A stretch of DNA of 64,000 nt from Trichosphaerium sp. ATCC 40318 (taxonomy: Eukaryota; Protista; Tubulinea). Under the pieces are notes generated by a model. It was given only the letters and a program-made list of their open reading frames with translations, did not search any database and was not told the origin of the DNA. The stretch covers positions 186,001-250,000 of the forward strand of contig JALMLS010000520.1 in assembly GCA_038496445.1 (NCBI GenBank). The letters run 5' to 3'. The first letter of the stretch is position 1. Every line of letters starts with the position of its first letter. This document shows, one piece after another, positions 12,135 through 25,662 of the stretch. Made by a program: the position numbers and the translations under genes.

Positions 12135-15100
12135 TTAACAGTCATTAATAACAGGTGTACCGGAATCACCTGTAGAAGCATGAAGTGTTTTTCTTATAGA
12201 TGCAAACAGCTGGCGTGAGTGTTCAAGCATCCATTGGAATATTGAAGGAGCACATACAATAGCACTTGAAAATCTCTCAGCATTGTCTTTGATTGAAGTA
12301 GAAATCAGTATTGTAGGTGCAATGGAAATTGATATTGCTCTAAAGTCCATTTGGTTTACTTTTTTATGCTTCTCCAAGTGTATCAAGAATCTGACTAGAT
12401 GGTGTAATGCTTTTTTACGTTCAGGTGAAAGTGATTCAAGTAGTCTTTTTACAGCAGAAGGCGCACTAAGTTGCTCACGATCTAATGTTTAAAAAGTTAA
12501 AAAAAAGCAAAAAAAAAAAAAAAAAGAAAACAGGTAGTCACGTGATTACGTACCAACGTCTTTTAATTTATTAAATATAGCCTAATAACAAACAATTAAT
12601 TTCAAGGATAAAATTCGAGTCAGTACCTCAGGTATGAGTGAATCGGGCATTTCCATCAGATATAGCTTCAACAAACCAACAAGATCGTATGGATCCTCAG
12701 CACTAAAGTTGACATCTTGTTCTAAAAACATCGAATAAGGGCACGCTCGTAAGTTAGTAAAAACAAATTCCTTAACGTTGCAAGAAAGACACGAAGTCTG
12801 CAAATAAAAAAAGGCAAAAAAATCATAGTTCACGAGAATTAAACGCACGTGTTTCTATTGATTGTTTCAATTGATAGATTCTAGGCCTATTTCCAGGTGT
12901 CCTTACAAGCCCCTCTAAATTAAATCCTTTCTTCACTAGAGCAGTACAGCAACCCTTAAAAAAAATAAATCACAAAAAAACACGCTGATAAAGACGACTC
13001 TGGAAGACTTCAAAACGTACCTCAACAACATGTGTTTTACCATCACGTAAGGCTCTTGAAATACTTTCTTCAAGGGTAACTCCAAAATACCTCTTCAACC
13101 TCGCATGTGGCCCACGTTTTTGTCCAAGTAAACTCGCAACACTTGACCTGTAACTTCGCCTCTTATTTCTCTTTTTCATCAGTAACCTCTGTGCAGCACC
13201 GCTGCCCAAAGTGCCACCTGGTGCTGGTGCTTTGACACTACCTTTTCTTCTTCGTCTTCTGGGTTGTTCTCCTGCAGGTATTTTTGGTCTTTCTGATGTT
13301 TTAAAGCCAAGTGTAAGTGTCAGAGTTCCTGTAACCATGTTGCTAACATGTCTTTCGTCGTTGCCAAGTTGAAACGTTTTCTCAATACACATTGTTCCAT
13401 CATTGGCCAAGAGCCTTGTCAAGTACCTATGAAAAGGATTTTAAGCAAGTATTTCTTGATAAGTAAAAAAATCATTTCTCAATGGAGAAAAACGTGCAAA
13501 CGTAAAAGTTCTTTTGGTCTCTCAACGTGCTGGACGTCGCACCAAACCAGAAAACCTTTTAACTGATAGATTAATTTACGTACTGTATTGTAAACTGTAC
13601 ACATCCTACAAAAGCAGGGCTATGAAATCGCGTCCAATCCATAACAGTTACCTTGAAGAACAGTTAAACAAGTACTTTTTTTTAATTGGATAAAATCCAT
13701 TAAACTATTATGGTGCTGACGCAACCACACTTTGAGATTATTCATTGTCTATTTGTGCTATGTAATTTAATTAATAGATTTAATACCTTTATCGTTGTGT
13801 CCTGTGTGACCATACTACGCAGTTGTTAGTTCACATGGAGTTTTTCTGTAAATACAAAATTGTCGAACATACCAATTCCAGTTCAGGTCATGCCATACTG
13901 CTGTTGGGCTTTTTACTTGAGGTTTTGATTTAAATGCTAAACTTGAGATATTTGATATTGTCATTAGGCACATTGGACTACATTGTCCGTCTGCTCAAAA
14001 AAGAAAAGTAAGATAAAAAAAGTACATTATCTGGGGTTTTTTTCGCACGTGTACTATGCTTAGAAGGACTGACATCGCTAACACAAACGTCATACACAGT
14101 CATATCTCCCCTCCAATCATCTGTCAATTCCATGAGTCCTTTACTTTGATCTGGTGCCCAAAGCAATGGTTTCATCAACCCAAACCTCATGAATTCTCCT
14201 AACGAGACATTAAAACAAAACATACTTGCACTTCTGAAGAGCAATTGAACGAACAAAATGTTGTCGTGCTCGTACTGAGTGCAAGCAACAGTCTTCGCAA
14301 TAGTTGGTTTTTTATCAACAAATACGTGACATGACGTTCACATGTTCAAAAAATATGTTGTTTTCGCACCTGGTTCGCTTACTGCCTTAACAAAATCAAA
14401 TTGATACAACGAAGCGTGTTTGTTAGGCTCTGTTTCTTCATAAACTAGAAGTGGATATCTAACATTGAGTCTTGGACGGAGAGCCTACCAACCGCGTTAG
14501 ATCGAATGATTGTTGACTTCTTTGTGTTTGATGGCGTACTTGGATAAGTTTTAGATGAGGTTCTTTACCCTGGTCATCCGAAAGGCTCGTTACAATACGA
14601 AGAAAAGGGTTGAAATTATTCTTTAAATTATACTTTTCAATATGAGTCTGTACATCTTTCCAGTCAGTGAGGATATACACTTCTGTACCATGATCTCGAA
14701 GAGTCCTTACTATACCTCTATAAACGTAGTATTAAATCAAGCGTTTTAAGGAGGTGTAAGGGCGTACTTGTTTTCGCTTATTTTGTGCTTATCTTGTACC
14801 CATAATAAAGAAGTATGCGCGAAAAAACGTTTAAATCGCGCTTCATCTCTTCTCGTTTTATGAAACTTATGCTCTCGTTTCTATTAATAAAAAAACATCA
14901 TTGTTAGTAACAATAGGATTAAATGATATCACGTGATACCTTGTCAAAAACAGAAAACAAATGTTTATGTTTTTTTGATGAAAGATCAGCAAGCTGAATA
15001 GAAGGTGCGTATATCATAGTTGGCACGTGTTGGAACCCACCCTCGTGTAATTTCTTTATAGCGAATTGTATGAACTGAGTTTTTTTATCCTCCGCGAACC

Positions 15101-15818
15101 CGGAACTCTTTGAAGTTACGAATACGCGTATACGCCCAGTACCGAGCAAGAAACTCAACCTAAAACATCAAATCAATTTATCAAAAAAAAACAAAAAGTA
15201 ACTTTTGTTCAACAAAACACGTTTTGACGTACTTATCAAGTATTAAACTCAAGTTCTTTAGTTTATGCGTTGTTATTATACTCAAGTCAAGACTTCTATC
15301 GATAAGATGAAAGAGAATAGGCCTCATGAAGCTTGAAATTTTAGGTTTTTGAGTTAAGACTAGAGTAAGCCCTGCTTTATCATTACTCTCAAGTTTCCGA
15401 ACCAAGTCATCTAAAGACTCATACGTAAGCATTTTAATAATAACCAAACCTCCACTTCCGTAGAGAGACAGAGAACTACTAAAAATAAAAAAGGCGTTTT
15501 TGCAGTGCTCAGCTGCCTCCAGTTTTATAAAACTCTAAAAAAGAACTTTGATAAAAGTATTTATTGAAAATAACACGTGATATGGAAAGACAGGCCTTTT
15601 TTTGAATTGTGTATTAAGGAAATGACAAAGTAAAGCGTTCACGTGCCTAACCGGGGATCTACTGCGTCTACTACAGGTAGTAGGATTTGTTTTGTAGAAA
15701 TAGAGCTTAGTTCGTCTAATACTACCTCCGGAAGTGTCTCTACTGATTGAGTGTGTAGTTTTGATAGCGAAGACTGCCTCAGGGCCGCAGCATTAGCTAA
15801 AGAACCCAAGGAAATCAT
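12135..15818 (-). CDS. C2-domain RhoGAP with long uncharacterised N-terminus (multi-exon)
   Basis: RhoGAP YFGVTLEE...EGLVRTPG...DPYDLVGLLKLYLMEMPDSLIP...NQMDFRAISISIAPTIL; C2-like VTVMDWTRFHSPAFVGCVQF...VTGTLTLTL. Start inferred. Confidence 0.8.
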
Positions 15819-16205
15819 GTTTCATAAACTCCAAACTGACAGTTTGCCTTAGTTGGTAGTTTTAAGTTTTTGTGATTGTTTTTACGCGTACGCTTATTTA
15901 GATGTAGTTACTATTGATATGGCACGTGCCAACTGTAGATGGATGGAGGGTTCAACAAATTGTACTGAAATACGTCGAAACAATACTACACGTGTGCTGC
16001 TTGAAGTAACGGTACAAGACACGCATTAGAACTAACAACCCCTTTGGTAACATTATTCGTTGTTTTGTGTTTGGCCAAAATTTCTCTTGAGTGTAATAAT
16101 CTCAGTCACTTGATTCACCTTGACAATCTACTTTCGCCTAACACCTTTTGACCACGCAAGCAGTTGTTGCATTTGGGAACTAAATTAGAGCCTGCCTAGT
16201 CCATC

Positions 16206-16814
16206 ATGGGTAAAAAAGCTACAAAAGAAGCTAAAAAACAAGATATAAACAGGCGCATAGAAGTAAAAGTACTTGGAGCAAGAGATACAGGGAAAACTGC
16301 TTTAGTAATGCGTTGTAGTGACTGGAATATCTTTTCTGAGCTAAAAACAGACTCTCTCATGCAGCCATCCGGTGATTGCTTTGGTTCTATAGACCATAAA
16401 GTAAATGGAGGCGTTTTAACAGTGATCGATACTGACTACGAGGAGAAAACTATCTCTACCATTCCCCGATTTGTTCAACAATACGATGCAATCATTTTAT
16501 GCTTTGATGCAAGAAATAAAGAAACCTTGAAGGAATTAAGAGATAGGTGGGTGCCTGAAGTGAATGAAAAGTATACTAAAGCTTTGGTATTCATTATTGC
16601 AACAATGTGTGATACTTATGGAGCAGGAGATGATTTAGACTTAGAAAAAAATGATGATTTAAAGTTTATTGTTGACTTTCTTTCTGAGTCTGGTCAACGT
16701 GGTCTTGTAAAGATTTATGGAAAAACAAGTGCTAAAGACAACACTAGGATTCATGAATTATATCAAGAAATATATGAGAAAGTCATGGAGTATCGACAAT
16801 CACATGAACAATGA
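16206..16814 (+). CDS. divergent intronless Rho/Ras-superfamily small GTPase
   Basis: G1 GARDTGKT, DAIILCFD, RWVPEV (Rho-like), G4-like ATMCD, G5 TSAK; G3 degenerate (IDTDYEE). Confidence 0.8.
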   Translation: MGKKATKEAKKQDINRRIEVKVLGARDTGKTALVMRCSDWNIFSELKTDSLMQPSGDCFGSIDHKVNGGVLTVIDTDYEEKTISTIPRFVQQYDAIILCFDARNKETLKELRDRWVPEVNEKYTKALVFIIATMCDTYGAGDDLDLEKNDDLKFIVDFLSESGQRGLVKIYGKTSAKDNTRIHELYQEIYEKVMEYRQSHEQ

Positions 16815-17067
16815 ATCCTCAACTTAATCTCAGCAAATGTTAGCTTAGCTGCTGTCCAATCTTATGCAACTCACTGTAATCTCATAACATCTAAAGCACT
16901 GTCTTATGAGTTAACAACAATAAAACATAAGAACGCAATGCGATGAACTGTACTGTACGCACGTGAGTATAATCAGGTTGTGAAGAAAATCAGTTTCCTC
17001 ATCAAAAGATATTGATAATGTTTTACTCGACGTAATGAGCTTTAGCTGGATGCTGGTGTGAGAAAAT

Positions 17068-19865
17068 CTATATTTCTGTATTTTTACAAGGCACAAATTG
17101 TGATGGTGCCATTACACCTGGGCCAATTGTCTTTTCTTGAGCGTCAAGAACTGGTTCTACTCCTTCAGCGTCCTTGAAATAAAAGTCCGACCTACAAAAC
17201 AGTAAATAGCATAGTTTGTTTATATGTTCAAAATCGTCACCTGTAGTGCATGAGCGTCGCTTGTAAAGTGTTTATATTACCATCCCACCAGTATGGTATT
17301 TGAACCAAGGTTATTCCTTGGGTTTAATTAGATGTATAAGAATATTAAAGCGTGCAATTTTGCAAAGAGATCAAGATGTGCTGTTTTACCTTGCTCAAGG
17401 CATTGTTGCAATTTTTCAGCATCTCGTCTTTGTCTTATTAGTGAATGCCCAAACTTTGCTGGGTTATCGAAATAATGCATTTCTCCTTGGTATTCTAAAG
17501 CAAGTCCCAAAGAAGGAATGAAAACATCTAAAGTTAACTTTCCTAAAACAGACATTAAATTTTTACAGTTTTTGCGAAATAACGTGCTAGGAGGCTACAA
17601 GTTATTTTCAAAATTTAATACCCTAAACTCTTAGGTCGTTGGTAAAAATAATATAGGTGTATTTTGTAAGTTAGAATTTGATGTACGGCACTTTGTCGAT
17701 CGAAAGAAAAAAAGTTGATTACTCACCGTATTTTGCTTTAACACCACAAAAGTACTCTTCTAAAATGTCCTCTGATGGAAAAGTTTCTTTTATACAAGTC
17801 ACCAACCAACTAGTAATATATTTAAGAGATCTTCAAGATTAAATTCAAAGACATACCGTTGCATAGCAGCCTTATTTGCTGAAAAAAAAAAAGAGAAATC
17901 CCACTTTTGAAACGGGTAAACTTCTTCCAAGATTTGTGGATACTGAGATATCATACCACTTCCACCGATAGAAGCAAGCTGTTTAATAGATATACGGTAC
18001 CTAGAAACACAAATTAATACGCAAATATTCAAGCAGTTCGTATACCTACCATGTATCAGGATCTTTAATGCCAAAACTTGCTTCAGCAAACTTAATAAAT
18101 CTTACAACATTCTTCTTTTTTGTCCAATGTCCTCTGGATCTATTGGAAACTTTATTAAATGGCTATCACGTGGATGCAAGTACCTTCTTTTAGGCTTTTT
18201 ATATTGTACAGGTGCCGATCCAATTGAACCTGGATGTTGTGTTGGCTGTTCTTCTTCTTGGCTTTTCGACAAATTAGCAAAAAGACAAGATTCTTCCTCG
18301 CTCAAACTCCTAAAAATAACGCACCCAAAGGCGTCTCTATCCCAAATAGTATCTGGATACGCCATTTCTAATACTGATTGGATTGACAACGCCGACCTAA
18401 CGTCATATTAGAGTGATTTTGTTACACTCTTTTACTTGTTTAGAATGTTACGCAAGACGGCATGTTCTATCTCTTCTGGTAATACAGTGTACCAATCTGA
18501 GATAGTTTTCACACGAGTGTCAACTGAAGCTTCTTCAAGTGCTTTTATAGCAATGCTTGAAAACTGGGATTGAAGCCTTACCAAACAAGCAAGTCAGCAA
18601 AAAGAACTGATTTGATTTTGATTAAAAAAAGCAGACTACAAAGACTGTATTTTAAAATCGCTTTCACGTACTCAAATTTCGCTTTTATCCATCTAAAATT
18701 TGGATATACTGCCTTCATTGCCTTGTATACTGATCCATGACTACAAACCGTTAATAAATACCAATACGATGGCATAAACAAAGCGTACTAAGATAGAATC
18801 GTACTGGCGTTATTACTTCTTAAATGGTTACTTGTCACGTTATACCATTGGTCTAGTGTGGATATATTCAAACAATTACTAATACGGTCTATTTCAGAAA
18901 GGTGGTTTTCCATTTTATGCCAATGACCACTCTTCAAGTATCTAACAAAAAGTCAACCTAAAGTTCCTTTTTTTTTCTTCTTTTTTGTGTTAGCTGCCAT
19001 GCCTCTTTACCTGAATTTTGAGTCTTCCCAGTCAAATGTTGGATATATAGACTCTAATGCAATCTGTATAGAACTATTGTACCTTGATCAAAGCGTGAGA
19101 AGAATTTCTAGCACTTTTTCGTTTTGTCGTCATACTGGTTTTTTACAATACTGCTACCGCCTTGTGCGAACACATCATCTCTTGACACATTGTACCAATC
19201 AGACATTGTTAAATACTCCAATTGTTCAGCGATATCATCAAATAATGCACGTTGATTATTCACATCAACCCATTGGCCATGCTTGGCACTAATCATGCAC
19301 GTAGTTAGAACACCATGTTACAACAGAAGATGAAGAAAAAAAACGGATTTTGTGATATCACATGATCTTTCACGTGCAAAAAGAAAACGTTGGCATACCG
19401 TATTCTCTTTTCTGACCATGGAAATTTTGGATATAGACGTTCAAGAGCTTGAGGATAAGATATTTTAAATCTTTCGAAAAAATCATTAGTTTGACACTTG
19501 ACACGTGAACTATGTCTTACTTGGCTAGGACATCACCCACAAGGCCTGTAATGACATTGGCATCAACATTGTACCAATCTTGACAGTGCTTAACACCTAA
19601 GATTCTAGCAACGTTATCAAACGCTGTAACTTGTTCTGAGTCATTTGGCTTCGTTTTTAGCCTCTTTGTTGGGCTATTTCGCGAGTTAGACGTTTATTTC
19701 AATACAAAAACGTACATCTGTTTCTTTTTCTTTGTTTTAGAGTATACGCGCGATTGTAGAACGTTCTCTACGTTGTGGAGGTGAGTACAAAACAAATGGC
19801 CTTTTCGAAGCCTGAAATTGATAACATAGAGATAGTATACGCATACTTGCAAGTATTGAGCTCAT
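17068..19865 (-). CDS. helical Trp-rich repeat protein with C-terminal PD-(D/E)xK-like (RAP/DUF559-type) domain; start approximate
   Basis: Repeats such as GQWVDVNNQRALFDDIAEQLEYLTMSDWYNVS and AMKAVYPNFRW; C-terminal LTLDVFIPSLGLALEYQGEMHY...RDAEKLQQCLEQGITLVQIPYWWD. Confidence 0.75.
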
Positions 19866-20019
19866 TAAACAATGTTACAATCAACGCATTAATTGTACAA
19901 CACCACACAGCTCTGCATAGCGCTATACAGCCAGTCTCGACGTACAACAAGTAGTTCTTGGCACTTGGAAGGCTTGTGTTTGATTATATGCTAGACAGCT
20001 GTTGACTGTTAGTACTGAC

Positions 20020-21273
20020 ATGGCTTTCGCGTGGCGCAACGCCACTTGCGTCGTTACTGGTGGTTCAAGGCATATCTACGACCTAACGTCACATAGTTGC
20101 TTACGTTAACCGTAGAGGAATAGGGAAAGCAATCAGCAAACATTTCATAAGCAAAGGAGCCAAAGTAGCCGGTACAATAGCCGTAGCTTTCATTTTTAAA
20201 CAAAATCAGCCGTTAATAATCTCATTAGTTATTGCACGCAATGTAAAGGCGTGTGAAGATGATAAAAACATACTGTACGTAAAAGGAGATGTTCGCGATT
20301 CAGAAAGCGTAAAGACAGCATACAAAGAGATAGAAACAAGCCTTGGCGTACCTACTATACTTGTAAACGCTGCAGGTACGTCCAAATTAACTGTAAAGTA
20401 CAAAACACGTCTCACACGCCAACAAAGGTATAAATATTAATGGATTGCTTATAAAATTAAAAGATGAAGATCTTCGAAGTGTCATTGATACAAACCTAAT
20501 TGGTGCTATCACAACATCACGTGTTGCATCTAGGTATATGATTAAAGCACGGGCTGGGAATATAATTAATATTGGAAGTACTGTGGGTGAGTTCTGTTCG
20601 CGTTTACCAAAAGACAGAAAGAAAACTTTGTAAATCTTCATTTTGTTTTAACACCATGTCAAGCATAAAGTCATCACTAACATCTATTACAGGTATCATG
20701 GGTAATGTCTTCTGACTATCGTTATTTCAATATCTTCATAAATCACGTGACAGTCATATTGTAGGTAATGCAGGTCAAACAGCATATGCTGCCTCAAAAG
20801 CTGGTCTTGTTGGTACTCTTACCTCTTGCTGTATCGTTTTAATTAAAATTAAGGTGTAACACGAAGTTTGGCACGTGAACTCAGTAGTAAGAATATTAGG
20901 TGTAACCTTGTAGCGCCTGGGTACGCAAAATCGGAACAAATCATAGTACTAACGATTGCTCTACTAGATTTATTGAAACAGACATGACAAAGGATATGAA
21001 TGATGCAAAACGTGCAAAGATATTAGAGTCACAATTGATTAAGCGGTTTGGTGAACCTGAGGTATACATAACAACTTTTTTTTTCTTGTTTTATTCCAGT
21101 TTTTAAAAACAAATTGCAATGAGTCGCTTTAAAGCCCTACTTCTTCAAAGTATTTCTATTTTCTTATGCTTATTTAGGAGGTTGCTGCAACTGTGGCGTT
21201 CTTAGTTGAATCACAGTACATTACTGGTCAGACAATAGTTATTGATGGTGGCCTGTCTATTGGCTGTACTTGA
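20020..21273 (+). CDS. short-chain dehydrogenase, 3-oxoacyl-ACP reductase (FabG/CBR4-like)
   Basis: VVTGGSRGIG, LVNAAG, IINIGS, AYAASKAG (YxxxK), CNLVAPGFIETDMT, YITGQTIVIDGG. Confidence 0.92.
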
Positions 21274-21548
21274 CGATACACAATCATCTGTACAAATTTT
21301 TTTTTCAAAACTGTCAGTGGCTGCTTTCACGGAGAATTCTAGCGTTGGTGTTGTAACCACATAAAATTAAAACGAATTTATGACAGCAGTAAAACCCTCA
21401 CTACAACTGGAAGAACGCATATTTTAAGGCTTCGAGAAGACCGATTTTACGTTGTCAAACCACGTGTACTTCTGAAGTAACTCAAAGACAGCCACTGTTT
21501 AAATTATCTTCATAGGTGGTTTGTATGGTAAGGGTTTATAATAAGTAT

Positions 21549-24500
21549 TTATTCAATTGCAGAGTATCTAAGTGACCTTCTACTTGTTGTTTTGTACACT
21601 GCGATATCGGCTAGTAGTTTGACATTTTCTTCATTCACTTCTACATTTTCTTTTTTTAGTTTGGCATTTTGCTCTAATAGTTTAGTGATTTGCGCATTTA
21701 GGTTGATTATCTTTTTCTCCAGTAGTTCGTTGTTGAGTTGTTCCGAATCCTTCAGCTTGGTGTCTGATTCCTTATGGACGCTGGCGCTTTCTTCCTTGAG
21801 CTTTGAGAGTTTTTCTGTTGATGGTACATCTTGCAAGATGGTGTTTTCTTCCTTCATCTTTGAAACATTTACTTTTAATGACTGATCTTGTATGCCTGGT
21901 TGGTCAACTTGGTCCAGTGTTGCAGCTGCCCATAATTGCCTTTACAGTATTAGTGCAATCGCTGATTTGTTTAGGTTCTTACCGTTCAGTTTTGAACTGC
22001 TCATCTTCGTCAGACAACTCATCCGACAATGAACCAGCATCTTCTGATTCTGAAAGATCCAATTTACTTGATGTCATTTTCACGTGTTCTATTAGTGTAT
22101 CGGTTAATTTATCCTTCCTTTTCCGTTTCCTAGGTTTTTTTACAACCTTCACAACATAGCGTGCAACTGCTTGAACATCTAAATAAAAATGTAAGAATCT
22201 TATTTGAAGATCTTTACCATTTACCTTGAGCGACAACCAACTCATCACGTGAATACTTGTCAACATTTTCTTTAACTGCTTGCCCCTTTTTGTTTATCAC
22301 TGCATAATGACTTTGGTATCCAGGTTTAATAGGTTTACCCATAAAGTTGTCGCTGTCTATAGGGTTTTCCGTTACCTACAGTACTATTAACAACGTCATC
22401 ACATTTAAAGTTGTGCATACAGGATACACATTCCCAGGAGTAACCAAACTCAGAATAAGTGTTTTTTCAGTTTTTGATGAGTCGTACAAGCAAGCGTATG
22501 TGATACTACTCTATTGTAAAAGTGTTAAAAAGGACTTGAAAGAAGTTGGTTAAGTACTGTAAAGTAGATTCCTTGTCCATAATATCCAGCATCCAATGAA
22601 CTTACAGTTCCAAATCCAGCTTTTACAATACTTGCAGCTGCTTCAGGAGTTGTCCCATGAACCATAAGCAGTACCGGCAACTAAGCAATTAGTCAAGAAA
22701 GATTGAGCTTAAAGATATTACCTGTTCTGAGTTGGTTGTCAAACTATTATCTTTCAGAGATGAAAACCTCTCAGCAATGCTGGCCTTTTGAGCATTGTCG
22801 CTCCAATCATTCTTACAAAATTTAGTAGGCAGTTCTCTAAAGTACATAAGCGCATTTAATTGAAACTGTGTGACCTATGAACAAGCTGCGAACGTACTGG
22901 TGCCTGTGTTTAAGTATTGTATTGTACATGCCAAAGTTTCGTGTCAAAACATCATTGCAAACAAGATGTGCTGATACAACACTCACTTGATCATATCCAT
23001 GCATTTTTGACATTTGTTCATGAAGAAACGCTAGTTCTCTCTTCTCAACAGTACCATTCTTGTCAAAAAGGTCTAACGTTCGGTAGTGTGTTGCCTTTTC
23101 GATAGTACCCCTTCAAGTATGTTAAGCGAGCAACAGGACACAAAAGTAAGTACTTGTTGTTTGACCTATCCCAGTTTTGTGCATACTCCAATCTCGGGTT
23201 CAAGTTCCACGACGGCTTACTTTGTAATCCTAACAGGGATTAGTTTTTAAACCAACGAGTATTGGTACCTGCTTCAACATCATTTAATGTTTGATTCGGA
23301 GAGATAGGGTGAATAGCATACTTGGTACAGTCACACTTTGAAGAACGATTAAGTGGTAACTTTATATGTGTTAGCAAACAAACTTGTATTAGATCAAGTA
23401 CCTGTTTGTTATCGCATTGCTTGACACAATAAGAGCACAAGAAACTATTAAACTGTCCGCCTACAAATTACCTATCAGCTGTATGTGTAAAATAATACTG
23501 ATACCTATATTTTGTTCCAAAGAGTTTATACACCATCCTTCTTCCGCACACAGTAGATCAAGATCATCGACACCAGTTTGTTTATTAGTAGTCCACATGT
23601 GTTCTGGTAAATCAAACAAAATACCTTCCATCAAGTCTCCTTGCTGAATCCAAAAGCTCTAAATACTCGCTTAGTTTTGAATATAGATTGAATAAACTGT
23701 GAAAAAAGCGTACCGAAGATTGGACAAATATGCGATTGTAAGTACAAATCAAGTTACAAATACCTTTCTTCATTGACAGTTGAAAATAAGAACGTGTTGG
23801 CTTTTTGTAAGATTAGGTGGACACTTCAATGACTGAACAGCGTACCAAATATTGTAACCACTTTGCAAGATTGCATCTCCATTGTGGATTACGTTTCATG
23901 TGAGCACATGATAGCCATATTGATCGACTTTCTTGTTGATCATTTGGAAAGTGCATTAATACAGTTTCAAACACCTTGGTATACGCAGGATCATTATCAA
24001 CAACAACATTTATAAATATGGTCTCAAAGCCGAATGTCTGTTTGCTCATAGTTCGTGAAAAAACATTGCTTGCGTTTGACAACAAGAGGAAAACTGAAGT
24101 TTTTTGAAGATGTGCTAAGAAACAATGTTAGTGTCTTTTCCTGGAACATATAGTATCACCTGCGTAAAGTAAAGGTGTCCACCCTTTGTTATCAACAGCT
24201 TCGATATCTGCTTTCGACGCAATTAACTGCTCAACAACTTTGCTGTGTCCGTGCATGGCTAACAAGTGTAAGAAATAAACTAATCAAAAAGGTACAAGCC
24301 TGCTATATGTAAAGCATTTTGTCCATCGTTGTTTGTAACCCCAACATCTGCTCCTGATTTTAGCAATAATTCAACAACATCAACATGACCATAGTATACT
24401 GTAAAGTGTGAGTAACATCCACTGTTTATGGCGCTGTACCTGCAACATGCAAAGGCGTAAATTGTTCTTTGTTTGCCGTATGAATATTTGCGTTGGCTTT

Positions 24501-24982
24501 GATCAATGAGGAAACAATAACAGTATGTCCAGTGGATGCTGCAAAGCGAGTAAGCTTTTGCAACAGTTTAAAAAAACAAAACGTACCTGCAAGATGTAAC
24601 GCCGTACATCCTTTGTCATTCGTAGCTTCAATGTTTGCTCCTGAGAGTAAACACATTGATACAACACTAGGCATACTACGAGCTAAAATGGGTTAATACA
24701 CAAAAACATCTAGAGACAAACCTGAATGCAGTAGAATATCATCGGCTGTCCCCTCTTTGCTTAGCTCCTTCTTGAGTTTATTGACTACAAGCAAGCTTAT
24801 GAATAAAACGAAGCTATCTTATTAACAGTACCTGTTGTAATATTCTTGTACAAGTAATGTTGTGAAAGCTTTAGTAACTCAGCCGAGAAAGCAAAATCAC
24901 CACTAATCTTTGCACGTGCGGGAAACGACCTTCGTATACTACCTATTATTACTCGCGGTTTTCCCTGGCAATGCATTGACAT
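21549..24982 (-). CDS. ankyrin-repeat PARP-family ADP-ribosyltransferase, copy 1 (4 ankyrin exons)
   Basis: Spliced exons give ankyrins, a Cys-containing middle region, then LLMVHGT (22651-22659)...GFG...AGYYGQGIYFT...YA..Y...LILSLVTPG...GYQSHY...RDELVV (E at 22241), a basic/acidic linker and a C-terminal coiled coil. Confidence 0.88.
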
Positions 24983-25662
24983 GAAGACGATAATCTCAAC
25001 TATGAGGTGTGGGTTCACAGCTGGCGCTTATTAATATTACTTTTCGTACACAAGACGGTTCGCTGTAAAAACAAATTAAAAAAACAACTTCGCTTTCATG
25101 ACTGCTTTAACCTGTGTCGTTGTATCTCTGAGTTTACTTTTTATTTCCCACGCGACAATAGCGCATTCTATGCGGCTATGACATTGTGGGAAGCTAATCT
25201 GCTTAAAACAGTAGCGACGAAGCCACTATGGCGAAGACATACTAGGAACTGGTACCGAATCAGGTAATCAGTCTGAAAACCTTTGTGAATAAACTAGCGT
25301 ATCACGTGATATGTGAAGGTCTGTTCGGAGCAAGCGTAGTAAATCTAAGTTCACGCCTAGGTGTTTTGGTGTTAAAGTCCGCCGGCATTTTTTTCGAACA
25401 AGCGGTTCGAAATATTGAAAACTTGGGAGCATTGGTTTGTTACGCTACGGTGCGTAGAATTAACTTGATATACTTCGCTACAACTAAGAATTTACAGACT
25501 TAGTTGTTCAAGCTAAAAGTCGTTAATAAATCACGTGTTCATTGGACAATAATCAGCTCTCACTGCGTATTATAGTACTTTAAAGATGTGGATATACTTT
25601 AAGCTATGACTTGGTTGTATGATACAGGTTTTTACTTTACAAGCATAGCGTATCTATTTGAG

